In this document: piece by piece, positions 39,074 to 48,425 of the stretch
Position numbering within the stretch: position 1 is the stretch's first letter
Layout: each line of letters begins with the position of its first letter
NCBI GenBank assembly: GCA_963712275.1
Contig: CAVQHD010000001.1
Coordinates: 1,024,001 to 1,088,000 of the forward strand
Source of the DNA: an uncultured Rhabdochlamydiaceae bacterium
GTDB taxonomy: Bacteria; Chlamydiota; Chlamydiia; Chlamydiales; Rhabdochlamydiaceae
Reading direction: 5' to 3'
DNA length: 64,000 nt
The notes under the pieces: model-generated
Database searches by the model: none
Seen by the model: the letters and a program-made list of their open reading frames with translations, nothing else
What the model was told of the DNA's origin: nothing
Translations under genes and position numbers: made by a program

Positions 39074-41130
39074 TTGCAGTTCTGCTAATTGCTCCCTTGA
39101 CTCTCTTTGCCTTAGGAGAACAGCCGGAGGTTGTTGCAGGGCATGCGATTTTTGAGCGGCCTAATGCCCAGACGGAAGTTGTGAAAGTCGCAGATAAAAC
39201 AATCATCGAGTATCAACGATTCAACCTTGCTCAAGATGAAAGGACCGAATTTGTACAGCCTAGCAGTAGGTCAACGCTTCTCTGCCGTATCAAGGGAAGA
39301 GATCCGTCGGTCTTAAGAGGGTGTTTAGAGGCGAATGGGAGGCTTCTTTTTATCAATCCCAATGGAATTTTCTTTTCAGAAACAGCCCAAGTGAGCGTCG
39401 GGACATTGATTGCCTCAACGCTCGACATCCGCAATCACGACTTTTTAAATGACCGGTTTCAATTTAAGAAGGGCTCAGACTCGAGTTCGGGATGGATTGT
39501 CAATCAGGGACGCATCGAAACAGCTCAAGGTGCGGTTTTCTTAGCATCTGAGACGAGCAATCAAGGGGTAGTTTATGCAAAAACTGGAAAAATCATTCAG
39601 CTTGGGGGTGAGTGTATCACGCTTGATTTTGATGGAGATGGCCAGATTTCCTTTGCTATTGAGGCTCCCCTCAAAGAAGGGTTTATTGAACAGGCAGGAG
39701 ATCTTTTAGCAGAAGAGGTGTTTTTAAAATTGCAGGTTGCAGAGCAGCTGATCAAAAGTGTTGTGAATATGAACGGGATTGCTCAGGCAACCCGGATTGA
39801 AATTGACAATGGGGTGATCCGCCTTGCTGCCGGCAGTGCGACAAAAACAGAAAAACTGCACGTAGAAGGGGGGGCAATTGAGCTTGAGGAAGGAGCAGCT
39901 ATTTCTGGAATGTGCAATTTCAAAGCTCGGGAAGGAATTCAGCTGAAGGGATCACAAACATTCAAACAAGTGAGCTTGATTGCAAAAGAGATTGATCAGC
40001 AGGGCCCTGTGGCCTCGAAAGGCCCCGTTTATTATCGAGCTGATCAAATTCGGGTGGGAGATACCATTACGACAACCCAAGCCACCATTACATTTGAAGG
40101 CCCCGTTGTCTTAACAGGAAAGAGAGAGATCCAGTTCAAGACGGGGTTTACGAAAGGAGATGTGATCTTTCATTCGACGCTTGATGCACATGAGCCTACC
40201 CAAACACTGAAAATCCACAATGGGAAAGGGCTGACGGCGTTCAAAGGAGATGTTGGAACAAAGGGGCCTTTGGGCGCGCTGACGATCGATTCTGGGCAGG
40301 TTGTCTTCTACCAGAATATTGGAGGGGTCTCTCCAGGGGTTGTGAACCAGCTCCATGTGAAGGCGGGATCTGCCCATTGTCAAGGGTCTTTGTACCATAC
40401 GGGCGAGCAACTATGGAATACGACGCAAATCTCTCTCACCCAAGCGGGAGCAATCGAGTTTAAAACAGTCCATCGCCCCCTTTGTTTTGGACAGCATGCT
40501 TCGCTTCTCTTAAGTAAGACAGAGGGGCTTAAGATCGATACTCAAGGAGGGAATTTAACTCTTGCACCGATCTCCTCGGACCAGCTTCAGCCGATTGCGA
40601 TTCAAGCAGGAGCTGGGGAAGCGCACGTGAAGGAAATCGGAACAAAGATATCCAAGCTTTTGGTTGAAGGGGGGAGCATTTTGATTGCAGGGCAGCTCGA
40701 AGCAGATCAAATCTTTCTGGGAGCAACCCACCGCTTGGAATATGGTGCGCCTCCCGGAGGCGATATTATTCCAACAGCAATCAAGTCGTCAGGAGTTGTG
40801 ACGTTAAATTCTAAGCACGGTGCTGTCGGCTCTTTTGAATACCCCCTCCATATAGAAACGAGCGGAGAGCTCTATGTAGGCGCAAAAACGATTGCCTACC
40901 TGACTGGCCGGTGCGCTGATCAAAATCCTCATGTCTACTCTAAAAATCCTCCGCCTCGAACATTTTTTGATGGATACGAATACAACTATCTTTTCATTGA
41001 AGAGATCATGGCAGGGGAGGGAGAGCTCAAAACACTTGCGCACGATCTCTTTTCAAGCACTTCTAGCCTATTTATCAATGGCAGTGTGATTCAGCCTCGT
41101 CGGGCCCTGATTTATTATGAACACAAATAA
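39058..41130 (+). CDS. TpsA-like secreted protein with filamentous-haemagglutinin N-terminal (TPS) domain
   Basis: Signal peptide, F-V-QP, ANGRLLFINPNGIFF and ASTL motifs; beta-helix-like body; follows tpsB. Confidence 0.88.
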   Translation: MENSLIAVLLIAPLTLFALGEQPEVVAGHAIFERPNAQTEVVKVADKTIIEYQRFNLAQDERTEFVQPSSRSTLLCRIKGRDPSVLRGCLEANGRLLFINPNGIFFSETAQVSVGTLIASTLDIRNHDFLNDRFQFKKGSDSSSGWIVNQGRIETAQGAVFLASETSNQGVVYAKTGKIIQLGGECITLDFDGDGQISFAIEAPLKEGFIEQAGDLLAEEVFLKLQVAEQLIKSVVNMNGIAQATRIEIDNGVIRLAAGSATKTEKLHVEGGAIELEEGAAISGMCNFKAREGIQLKGSQTFKQVSLIAKEIDQQGPVASKGPVYYRADQIRVGDTITTTQATITFEGPVVLTGKREIQFKTGFTKGDVIFHSTLDAHEPTQTLKIHNGKGLTAFKGDVGTKGPLGALTIDSGQVVFYQNIGGVSPGVVNQLHVKAGSAHCQGSLYHTGEQLWNTTQISLTQAGAIEFKTVHRPLCFGQHASLLLSKTEGLKIDTQGGNLTLAPISSDQLQPIAIQAGAGEAHVKEIGTKISKLLVEGGSILIAGQLEADQIFLGATHRLEYGAPPGGDIIPTAIKSSGVVTLNSKHGAVGSFEYPLHIETSGELYVGAKTIAYLTGRCADQNPHVYSKNPPPRTFFDGYEYNYLFIEEIMAGEGELKTLAHDLFSSTSSLFINGSVIQPRRALIYYEHK

Positions 41131-42346
41131 ACAAACCGTGGCCGTCATTGGGGGCGGAGCTGCGGGGATTTTTGCTGCACTAAACGTCAAAGAGGCCTCT
41201 CCTACCCTCTCTGTGATTGTGTTTGAAAAATCGGCCGTTTTCCTTTCAAAGGTTCGGGTTTCAGGCGGAGGGCGTTGCAATGTGTCCCATGCCTGCTTTG
41301 ACCCGCATCAGCTCATTAAAAATTATCCTCGAGGAGGGCAGGAGCTGCTGGGCCCTTTCCATCGGTTTCAACCCAAAGACATGATTGCCTGGCTCGCCAA
41401 AAGGGGGGCTGAGTTAAAAACAGAAGATGATGGACGGATGTTTCCAGTGACAGATCGATCTCAAACCATTATCGATGTTCTTTTAAACGAAGCCCGCCAT
41501 CTTCAAGTCGATCTTCGTACAAGGCAGCATCTGACCTCAATCGAGCCCCTATCCCCCGGGTTTCGTCTTCATTTTCGAGATGGAGGTTTGCTAGAGGTTC
41601 AAGCGGTGATTCTTGCCACAGGAAGCAGCTTAGAGGGGTATCGGTTTGCAGAGTCGCTTGGACATACCATTCAGCCGCTTGCTCCCTCCCTTTTCACCTT
41701 TAACGTTCCCTCTTCTCGACTGAGTCGTCTATCAGGGATTGCCGTTGAATCTGCCTGCGTCTCCTTGCCTCAGCTATCGATGCAAGAAACAGGGCCTTTG
41801 CTGATCACCCATTTTGGGTTTAGCGGCCCCGCTGTTCTTAAACTGTCTGCTTGGGGTGCGCGCGAGCTTCATGCAAAGAACTACAAGGCAGAGATCCGCA
41901 TCAATTGGGTTTCTACAGCCTCTTTTCAAGAATTGATCGAGGACTTCAAGCAGATGAAAAAGACCCACCCGTCAAAAACAGTCGGTCAATTAACACGCTT
42001 TAACCTTCCTAAAAATCTCTGGAAAATGTTAATGGCCCCCTGGGAGCACCAAGTGCTTGCCCACCTCTCCAATCACGAGCTCGAAGAGATCTGCCGCACG
42101 CTTCATTCGGATTGTTATCAAATGGATGGGAAAACAACACACAAAGAAGAGTTTGTCACCTGTGGAGGCGTGACGCGGTCAGAGGTCGATTTTCGAACCA
42201 TGCAAAGCAAGCGAGTGCCCCATCTTTTCTTTGCAGGAGAAGTGCTCGATATCGATGGAGTCACAGGAGGGTTTAATTTCCAAAACGCATGGACGACAGG
42301 CTACCTTGCTGGACAAGCCGCTGCAACGCTCTTAATTAAGACTTAG
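41117..42346 (+). CDS. HI0933/YhiN family flavoprotein
   Basis: GGGAAG, SGGGRCN, THFGFSGP, VTCGGV and GGFNFQNAW motifs. Confidence 0.94.
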   Translation: MNTNKQTVAVIGGGAAGIFAALNVKEASPTLSVIVFEKSAVFLSKVRVSGGGRCNVSHACFDPHQLIKNYPRGGQELLGPFHRFQPKDMIAWLAKRGAELKTEDDGRMFPVTDRSQTIIDVLLNEARHLQVDLRTRQHLTSIEPLSPGFRLHFRDGGLLEVQAVILATGSSLEGYRFAESLGHTIQPLAPSLFTFNVPSSRLSRLSGIAVESACVSLPQLSMQETGPLLITHFGFSGPAVLKLSAWGARELHAKNYKAEIRINWVSTASFQELIEDFKQMKKTHPSKTVGQLTRFNLPKNLWKMLMAPWEHQVLAHLSNHELEEICRTLHSDCYQMDGKTTHKEEFVTCGGVTRSEVDFRTMQSKRVPHLFFAGEVLDIDGVTGGFNFQNAWTTGYLAGQAAATLLIKT

Positions 42347-43172
42347 CTGTAAGAGAGCCATACACAAGCTTAGAGCATTCGTCCTGAGATAGAGATACAG
42401 GCGTATACTCTTTAGCAAAACCCTCATAAAGAGCCTTGTAAGGCTCCTCGGAAGTAGGCTTAAGCTTCATCTTGTCATCGTAGCAAGAATGCAATTGATG
42501 GAGAATCTGATTAGCGGATACCCCTATTTCAATATACGCTTTTTGAACCGATTTTTGATCGCTTCCCCGAAAGACCCAATTACCTGCATAGAAAACAGCA
42601 GCTGCAATAAGTCCGATTTTCCCCACTGGAATGACCCATTGAACCTGCGTAAAAACTCCCGTTGCCCACGCAGCGGCGGCAATAAAGGCTACTCGAACTG
42701 CAATTGCATAACGAAAGGCCTCTTTTACTCTCATTTTGTCAAGGTTTTTGACCTTGCCGATTAACCCATTAATTGAGTCGTGAATAAAGGCGTTTGAAGG
42801 TACAGTCTTTTGATGGTAACATTGGAGACTGTAGGCAGAATTCTCATATTCGATTGTCTGATTTAACGCTTGGGTTGCAAAGGTTACTTGCTGGTGAATG
42901 ATTTTTGTGAAGAATCTTTTTACTCGATTTGTCCAATGATTTTGCGCTCTAAAACCTTTTTCTGAATGTGCGCCGATTTCCAGGGAGCTGAAATCTGCTG
43001 AATTGACGTAGAAAGGAAGCAGCGGACGAATTTTGACATCAAAACAGCCAAGGATATCGGAAGAGCCTTCAATAGGCTTTTTCCCTGTTACCAGCGCCGC
43101 TTCATGAAGAATTGTTCCAACGTATAGTTTCCATGTTTGGTGATTGTCTGCAGGCAGAGAAGGTGTTGCCAT
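42336..43172 (-). CDS. Hypothetical protein with bilobed hydrophobic segment (Inc-like)
   Basis: AIAVRVAFIAAAAWATGVF and IGLIAAAVFYAGNWVF hairpin; AGGAG-like RBS. Confidence 0.7.
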   Translation of the reverse strand: MATPSLPADNHQTWKLYVGTILHEAALVTGKKPIEGSSDILGCFDVKIRPLLPFYVNSADFSSLEIGAHSEKGFRAQNHWTNRVKRFFTKIIHQQVTFATQALNQTIEYENSAYSLQCYHQKTVPSNAFIHDSINGLIGKVKNLDKMRVKEAFRYAIAVRVAFIAAAAWATGVFTQVQWVIPVGKIGLIAAAVFYAGNWVFRGSDQKSVQKAYIEIGVSANQILHQLHSCYDDKMKLKPTSEEPYKALYEGFAKEYTPVSLSQDECSKLVYGSLTAKS

Positions 43173-43377
43173 AGGATGCTCCTGAATTAATTAGAAACCA
43201 TTCTACCACAATTTTTATTAATAAGCCAGAAATTCAGTGCGATGTGTCATCGAAGAATAGAGATGCCCCTTCATAGTAGTAAATTTTTTAATAAATTGAT
43301 TTTTTAAATCTTGAATAAAATTGTTATAAAAATATAAAATGATTCTCTTGATTTCAAATTAAAACACAGAGAGTTTT

Positions 43378-43674
43378 ATGTCAGTAGCAGTAGCAACTGT
43401 AGGAGTAGGAATAGGTGGATTCATGGCTTTAGGTGCGGTCACCATCAGCTATGGAGTTAGCTGGGGTATAAGCAAGATTGTAAAACGTTATTTGCAAGGT
43501 TCCTATATGGAAGAGCTTCAGAAAGCTAACGAAGATGGAAAAAAAACAATAAATAAAAAAATTGAGGATAGGACCAAAGTGGCTGAAGATGTCTCCTTAG
43601 TGTTTGCTACCCTTCTAACCATTGTTACAGGACTCGCTTGCATTTGGGCTATTACGCCTAGGCGTGTTTTGTAA
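43378..43674 (+). CDS. Small hypothetical membrane protein
   Basis: Two hydrophobic segments flanking a charged loop; AT-rich upstream region. Confidence 0.65.
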   Translation: MSVAVATVGVGIGGFMALGAVTISYGVSWGISKIVKRYLQGSYMEELQKANEDGKKTINKKIEDRTKVAEDVSLVFATLLTIVTGLACIWAITPRRVL

Positions 43675-43761
43675 ACTTTGGATGAAGATTCCTCTTGCTT
43701 GTTGATTTCTTGAGTATTTTATCCAAATGGTTTAAAATATCTTCTAAAAAAGGATAAAGAC

Positions 43762-43935
43762 ATGGCAGAAATAGCATTAGCCCCTTTTGCTCCACTTCTT
43801 CGCGTGAGTTCTAGCCCCATGAAGAACCTAAGCAAGACCATTCATGAAAATGAACGTTTGAATCGCCTTGCCCACCGCGTCCGAATTCATATGCTAGAGA
43901 TTTTTCGAGCTCAAGAAAAAACAGCGGCAACTTGA
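43762..43935 (+). CDS. Putative 57-aa small protein upstream of rlmN
   Basis: AAGGA RBS, ATG 43762, stop TGA overlaps rlmN TTG start (TTGA). Confidence 0.45.
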   Translation: MAEIALAPFAPLLRVSSSPMKNLSKTIHENERLNRLAHRVRIHMLEIFRAQEKTAAT

Positions 43936-44966
43936 AAAAAATTTATAACTTACAGGAAGAGGAGCTTGTTCAATGGCTCAAGGACAAGCGAGAAAAGCCG
44001 TTCCATGCAAAGCAAATCCTTGAATGGCTCTTTCAAAAGAAGGTTGGGTCCTGGGATGAGATGACGAACCTTTCAAAGGAGCTCCGTCATAAGCTTTCCC
44101 AATCTTTTTATATTCAGAGCCTTAAATTAAAACGGACGATCGATTCTGTAGACGGAGAGACGACAAAGTTTCTCTGGGAACTCTTAGATGGCCAGTTTGT
44201 CGAATCGGTTCTGATTCGCGCTCCAGAGCGGCGCACGGTTTGTGTTTCGTCTCAAGTGGGGTGTCCTGCCCGCTGCGCTTTTTGCGCTTCTGGGAAAAAG
44301 GGGCTGATGCGGAATTTGGAGACGGCCGAAATCCTCGAGCAGATTCTTTTGATTGATCAATTCCTTGCGAAAATTGGGGAAAAAGTGTGCCATGTCGTTT
44401 TTATGGGAATGGGAGAGCCTTTTGAAAATTACGACAATGTATTGACTGCGATTCGTCGTATCATCGATCCGAATGGGTTTAAAATCTCGCAAAGAAAGGT
44501 GACGGTATCAACTGTTGGGATTGTGGAACAAATTGTCCGTTTTGCAGACGAAGATCTCAGCGTGCAGCTTGTGCTTTCTCTGCATGCTCCTAGTCAAGAG
44601 CTTCGGAAAAAGATCATCCCTTACGCCAGACAACATGGGCTTGCAGAGCTTTTGGATGCCATGCTCTATTTTGCCAAGAAATCAGGACGCGACATTACCT
44701 ATGAATACACGTTGCTAGAAGGGATTAACGACCAACCCTGCCATGCAGAGCAGCTAGCAAAGTTGGTGAAGGGACATCCCTGCACCATCAACTTGATTCC
44801 CTATAATCCCGTCGAAGGGCTTCGTCTCAGCCGGCCGACGAAAGAATCGATCGAAATATTCTATCAGATTTTAATGGAGGCGAGGATTCCTACTACGCGC
44901 CGTTACACGAAAGGGAAAGACATCGCCGCCGCCTGCGGCCAGCTTGCTCTGCAAACATCTTCCTAG
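43932..44966 (+). CDS. rlmN: Dual-specificity RNA methyltransferase (radical SAM)
   Basis: SSQVGCPARCAFC, MGMGEP and AACGQL motifs. Confidence 0.96.
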   Translation: MKKIYNLQEEELVQWLKDKREKPFHAKQILEWLFQKKVGSWDEMTNLSKELRHKLSQSFYIQSLKLKRTIDSVDGETTKFLWELLDGQFVESVLIRAPERRTVCVSSQVGCPARCAFCASGKKGLMRNLETAEILEQILLIDQFLAKIGEKVCHVVFMGMGEPFENYDNVLTAIRRIIDPNGFKISQRKVTVSTVGIVEQIVRFADEDLSVQLVLSLHAPSQELRKKIIPYARQHGLAELLDAMLYFAKKSGRDITYEYTLLEGINDQPCHAEQLAKLVKGHPCTINLIPYNPVEGLRLSRPTKESIEIFYQILMEARIPTTRRYTKGKDIAAACGQLALQTSS

Positions 44967-45472
44967 GAAGAAAGGGGCAGCACGCGAGAAGGAGTCAAAC
45001 CTGAAAACTGGTAGAAGTAAATTCCAGGCTCTGTCGGAAGAAGGGAGCCTAATCGGCCAAATATAATTCCGGCAACAGCAGCGAGAGCGAATGCAGTAAA
45101 ATAGAGCATAGCAGAATAAGCAACCCCTCTTTTGGTTTCTCCATGTCGAGGGTGGATTCTACTCAACGGAAGAAGGGATGCAATACTGACTAAAACACCC
45201 ATAACAGATGTTATAATAAAAATTTTCCTAAGTTTAGAACAATAGGCTTGTAAAGCTTTAGCTCCTTCAGAAGAAGAAAGGATCGCAACAGGACCTGTTA
45301 AAATAGCGTTGGAACCTTCAATTTTCATGCGGCCGGGGAAGAATGTTTTAAGTTCTTCTAGTTTTGCCCAGGCTAAATGGCTTTGATCAATGATTGCTGA
45401 GCTGCATGCGAAAACAGCGGATGGAAGGTTATAACCAGAGGAAAGTTGATAAATTGTGGTGATTAAAGCCAT
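44963..45472 (-). CDS. Hypothetical protein with two C-terminal TM segments (Inc-like)
   Basis: AAGGAG RBS; IFIITSVMGVLVSIASLL and AMLYFTAFALAAVAGIIF. Confidence 0.65.
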   Translation of the reverse strand: MALITTIYQLSSGYNLPSAVFACSSAIIDQSHLAWAKLEELKTFFPGRMKIEGSNAILTGPVAILSSSEGAKALQAYCSKLRKIFIITSVMGVLVSIASLLPLSRIHPRHGETKRGVAYSAMLYFTAFALAAVAGIIFGRLGSLLPTEPGIYFYQFSGLTPSRVLPLSS

Positions 45473-45571
45473 TGGTCAAAACTCCTTAGTTTGAAAAGTC
45501 ATTATACTCTTTCATTTCTTATTTTTCCAAAAAACTAGAAGATAAAGATTTTTTGATTTATCCAGGGGAAG

Positions 45572-46267
45572 ATGATGGGCTTTTTCTCTGTGTTGGTTTT
45601 AGCGGCGATTCATCTGTTTGCCAATCAAGCAAAGGTTCTCGGATGGGTCTGGCATGGACGGTTTCTTTCATTTGCGGGAGGTATCTCGTTTGCCTACGTT
45701 TTCATCGACCTTCTTCCCGTCCTGGAAAAGGGGCAGCCGATTTTAAAACAAACATTTGGAGAGGTCATTCCGTACTTTGATCGGCATGCTTATTTAATCG
45801 CGTTTGTTGGGCTGCTCTTTTACTATGGACTTGAGCAGCATACATTGAAGCAAAAAGTAGAGTGGTTTTGGCTGCAGATGGTGGGTTATTTGTGCTTCAA
45901 TTTTTTTGTTGGCGCAAGCCTTTCCGATACGACAAGTCCAGAGTTGCAACCTCTCTCTCTTTTTACGATCGCAATGGGAATGCATTATTTTGTTCGGGAT
46001 CATCAAGTTCGTTTAAATAACTCTCGCTTATTTCAGCATCAAGGCTGCTTGTGGTTGGTCGCAGCTCTTTTTGCAGGATATGCTGTCGGGACTCTCACCC
46101 ATATCCCTAATGCAGTCGTCGCCATTGCTGTCTCTTTTCTTGCAGGGGGCGTTCTTTTAAATGTGCTGCACTATGAACTCCCTACAAAAAAGCATTCAGG
46201 TTACTTTTCTTTTTTACTAGGCGCTTTGGGTTATACGGCTCTTTTGATTACGATTGGAGCAGTTTGA
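45572..46267 (+). CDS. Integral membrane protein, distant ZIP-like
   Basis: About 8 TM segments; AGG...YVFIDLLP, MHYFVRDH and LNVLHYELP motifs. Confidence 0.7.
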   Translation: MMGFFSVLVLAAIHLFANQAKVLGWVWHGRFLSFAGGISFAYVFIDLLPVLEKGQPILKQTFGEVIPYFDRHAYLIAFVGLLFYYGLEQHTLKQKVEWFWLQMVGYLCFNFFVGASLSDTTSPELQPLSLFTIAMGMHYFVRDHQVRLNNSRLFQHQGCLWLVAALFAGYAVGTLTHIPNAVVAIAVSFLAGGVLLNVLHYELPTKKHSGYFSFLLGALGYTALLITIGAV

Positions 46268-46310
46268 AAAATCTGTGCCTTCCGTTATCTTTGTCGAAAG
46301 GAGAACTCTT

Positions 46311-47630
46311 ATGCTGCAGCTGTTAATGGTTATTCTGCTTCCTCTGGGCTTTTTATGGGGGGAGGAAGACCCTGCGTGGGCTCATGCGACGATTGCCGCT
46401 TATGCGATTAATACACGCACAGGAGAAGTGATTGTCGATCTCTGTGGAGATAAGAGTTTCTTTCCTGGATCGTGCCTAAAGATTGTAACGACAGGAGCAG
46501 CTCTTCATCTCTTGGGAGCGGAGAGCTATTTTCAAACCGACCTTGAAATCGAAGGAGAGATCAAGGAGGGGGTTTTACATGGCAACCTTTTGATTCGTGG
46601 AGGCGGAGATCCATGTCTGGGCTCGAATCGTGTTGCTTCCTCTCTTTCATGGGAAGAGCAAATCAAGGCATGGGTCCAGGCTGCTGAAAAACTCGGGATC
46701 AAGGAGATTCGGGGCGATGTGATTGGAGACAGCTCGCAATGGGAGGAGGCTCAAGCTGTGCCAAGTTGGGCGTGGGAAGATCTCGGCAACTACTATGGAG
46801 CGGGTGCGTCGGCCTTATCCTTTCATGAAAACAATTATTCTCTCTTTTTTAAACCAGGGGAGAAAGAGGGCGATGAGGCAATTCTTTCAAGAGTTGTGCC
46901 TGCCATTCCGAAGATGCTGCTTCGAAATGAAGTTAAAACAGGGGCTGTTGGATCGGGAGATCAGGCTTGTATCTATGGGTCCGAACTCTCCACGATTCAG
47001 CTGGTGCGTGGTACAATTCCTGCGGGAGTGGCAGAGTTTTCAATTCGGGGATCAATTCCAGATCCTGCCGCTTTTTGTTCAGAGCTTCTTACACAAGCGC
47101 TTGAAGAAAAAGGAATCAAAGTTAGCCACCATTCTTTGCCTCGGAATCAAAAGCGAGCTGTGATCCATTCAACTCGGTCCCCCAAGATTAAAGAGATTAT
47201 CTACTGGGCGAATCAAAAAAGTCTTAATTTATATGCTGAACATCTTCTCAAAAGCATAGGAGAAAAAATGGAGGGGGAGGGATCTACATCGGCCGGGACG
47301 CGAGCTGTGGTAAAATTTTGGCAGGGGCAAGGGGTCGATGTGCATGGGCTGAATATGATGGATGGCTCGGGGCTTTCAAGGAAGAATTTCATCACACCCA
47401 AGCAGCTTGTGTCGATTCTTGTGAAGATGAAACAGTCTCCTGACTTTCCTCTATTTTTCGACTCACTTCCAGAAATGAACGGTGGGGTTCGAGCTAAATC
47501 AGGGTCGATGTCTTTCCTTCGAGGATGCGCCGGCTATAAAGGGGAGATTGCCTTTGCAATTCTCATTAACCAGGGGCCCGATCAAAAAAAGATGAGGGAA
47601 AAAGTGAATCTCTTTTTATATGATCTGTAG
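46311..47630 (+). CDS. dacB: D-Ala-D-Ala carboxypeptidase/endopeptidase (PBP4, peptidase S13)
   Basis: SCLK (SxxK), GGGDP, SLN (SxN), DGSGLSR and KSG motifs; AAGGAG RBS before ATG 46311. Confidence 0.93.
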   Translation: MLQLLMVILLPLGFLWGEEDPAWAHATIAAYAINTRTGEVIVDLCGDKSFFPGSCLKIVTTGAALHLLGAESYFQTDLEIEGEIKEGVLHGNLLIRGGGDPCLGSNRVASSLSWEEQIKAWVQAAEKLGIKEIRGDVIGDSSQWEEAQAVPSWAWEDLGNYYGAGASALSFHENNYSLFFKPGEKEGDEAILSRVVPAIPKMLLRNEVKTGAVGSGDQACIYGSELSTIQLVRGTIPAGVAEFSIRGSIPDPAAFCSELLTQALEEKGIKVSHHSLPRNQKRAVIHSTRSPKIKEIIYWANQKSLNLYAEHLLKSIGEKMEGEGSTSAGTRAVVKFWQGQGVDVHGLNMMDGSGLSRKNFITPKQLVSILVKMKQSPDFPLFFDSLPEMNGGVRAKSGSMSFLRGCAGYKGEIAFAILINQGPDQKKMREKVNLFLYDL

Positions 47631-47632
47631 TT

Positions 47633-48031
47633 ATGATTAGTCAAGAGAAGTGGGAGCATCTGAGAAACAAGATGGAGCAGCTTGGGATCCGCGAAGAGGA
47701 TCTCGTTGAGAAGTTTATCTTAGGGTCGGGGCGAGGAGGGCAAAATCTACAGAAAACCTCTTCGTGCGTTTATTTGAAGCACCATCCAACGGGAATTGAA
47801 ATTAAATGTCAGCGAGATCGCTCAAGAGAGATGAACCGTTTTTTTGCCCGTCGCGAGCTTTGTGAGAAAATTGAGACGCAGATTCTAAAGGTGAAGAGTG
47901 AAAAAAGGCAGCTGATTGAAAAAAAGCGCAGGCAAAAGCGGAAACGGTCTAAACGAGCCCAACAAAAGGTTTTAGAAGGAAAAAAGAGGCATGGTCACAT
48001 TAAAGAGCTCCGAAAACTCCCATCGGAGTAA
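47633..48031 (+). CDS. Release-factor-like peptidyl-tRNA hydrolase (ArfB-like ribosome rescue)
   Basis: GSGRGGQ motif, HHPTGI, basic C-terminal tail; no codon-recognition domains. Confidence 0.88.
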   Translation: MISQEKWEHLRNKMEQLGIREEDLVEKFILGSGRGGQNLQKTSSCVYLKHHPTGIEIKCQRDRSREMNRFFARRELCEKIETQILKVKSEKRQLIEKKRRQKRKRSKRAQQKVLEGKKRHGHIKELRKLPSE

Positions 48032-48425
48032 TTTATGCCCTTGCTGCAGCGGCTTGACATATGAAGTGTGTTGCGGTCCCTATCATGGGGGAGGAAGTGT
48101 GCCAACACCTCTTGCTCTCATGAGATCTCGGTATAGCGCCTATGCAATGGGCAAGGCTGATTATATTATCGACACGACTCATCCAGCTCTAAAAAAACAT
48201 CAGCCGCCTGTCTCTAGGTGGAGAGAGGAGATCTTGAAGTTTTGCCAAGGCACGACCTTTGAAGGGCTTGATATCATGCAGGTGGAGGAAGGGGATGAAG
48301 CTGGCTTTGTGACCTTTAAAGCAAGGCTATCAAAAAATGGAAAAGATCTCTCCTTTATCGAAAAAAGCCGATTTGAAAAAGAAGGAGGGAGATGGCTTTA
48401 TCATTCACGTTTAGATTATCCTTAA
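47991..48425 (+). CDS. YchJ family protein (SEC-C motif)
   Basis: CPCCSG...CC, LMRSRYSAY, EKSRF...WLY. Confidence 0.9.
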   Translation: MVTLKSSENSHRSNLCPCCSGLTYEVCCGPYHGGGSVPTPLALMRSRYSAYAMGKADYIIDTTHPALKKHQPPVSRWREEILKFCQGTTFEGLDIMQVEEGDEAGFVTFKARLSKNGKDLSFIEKSRFEKEGGRWLYHSRLDYP

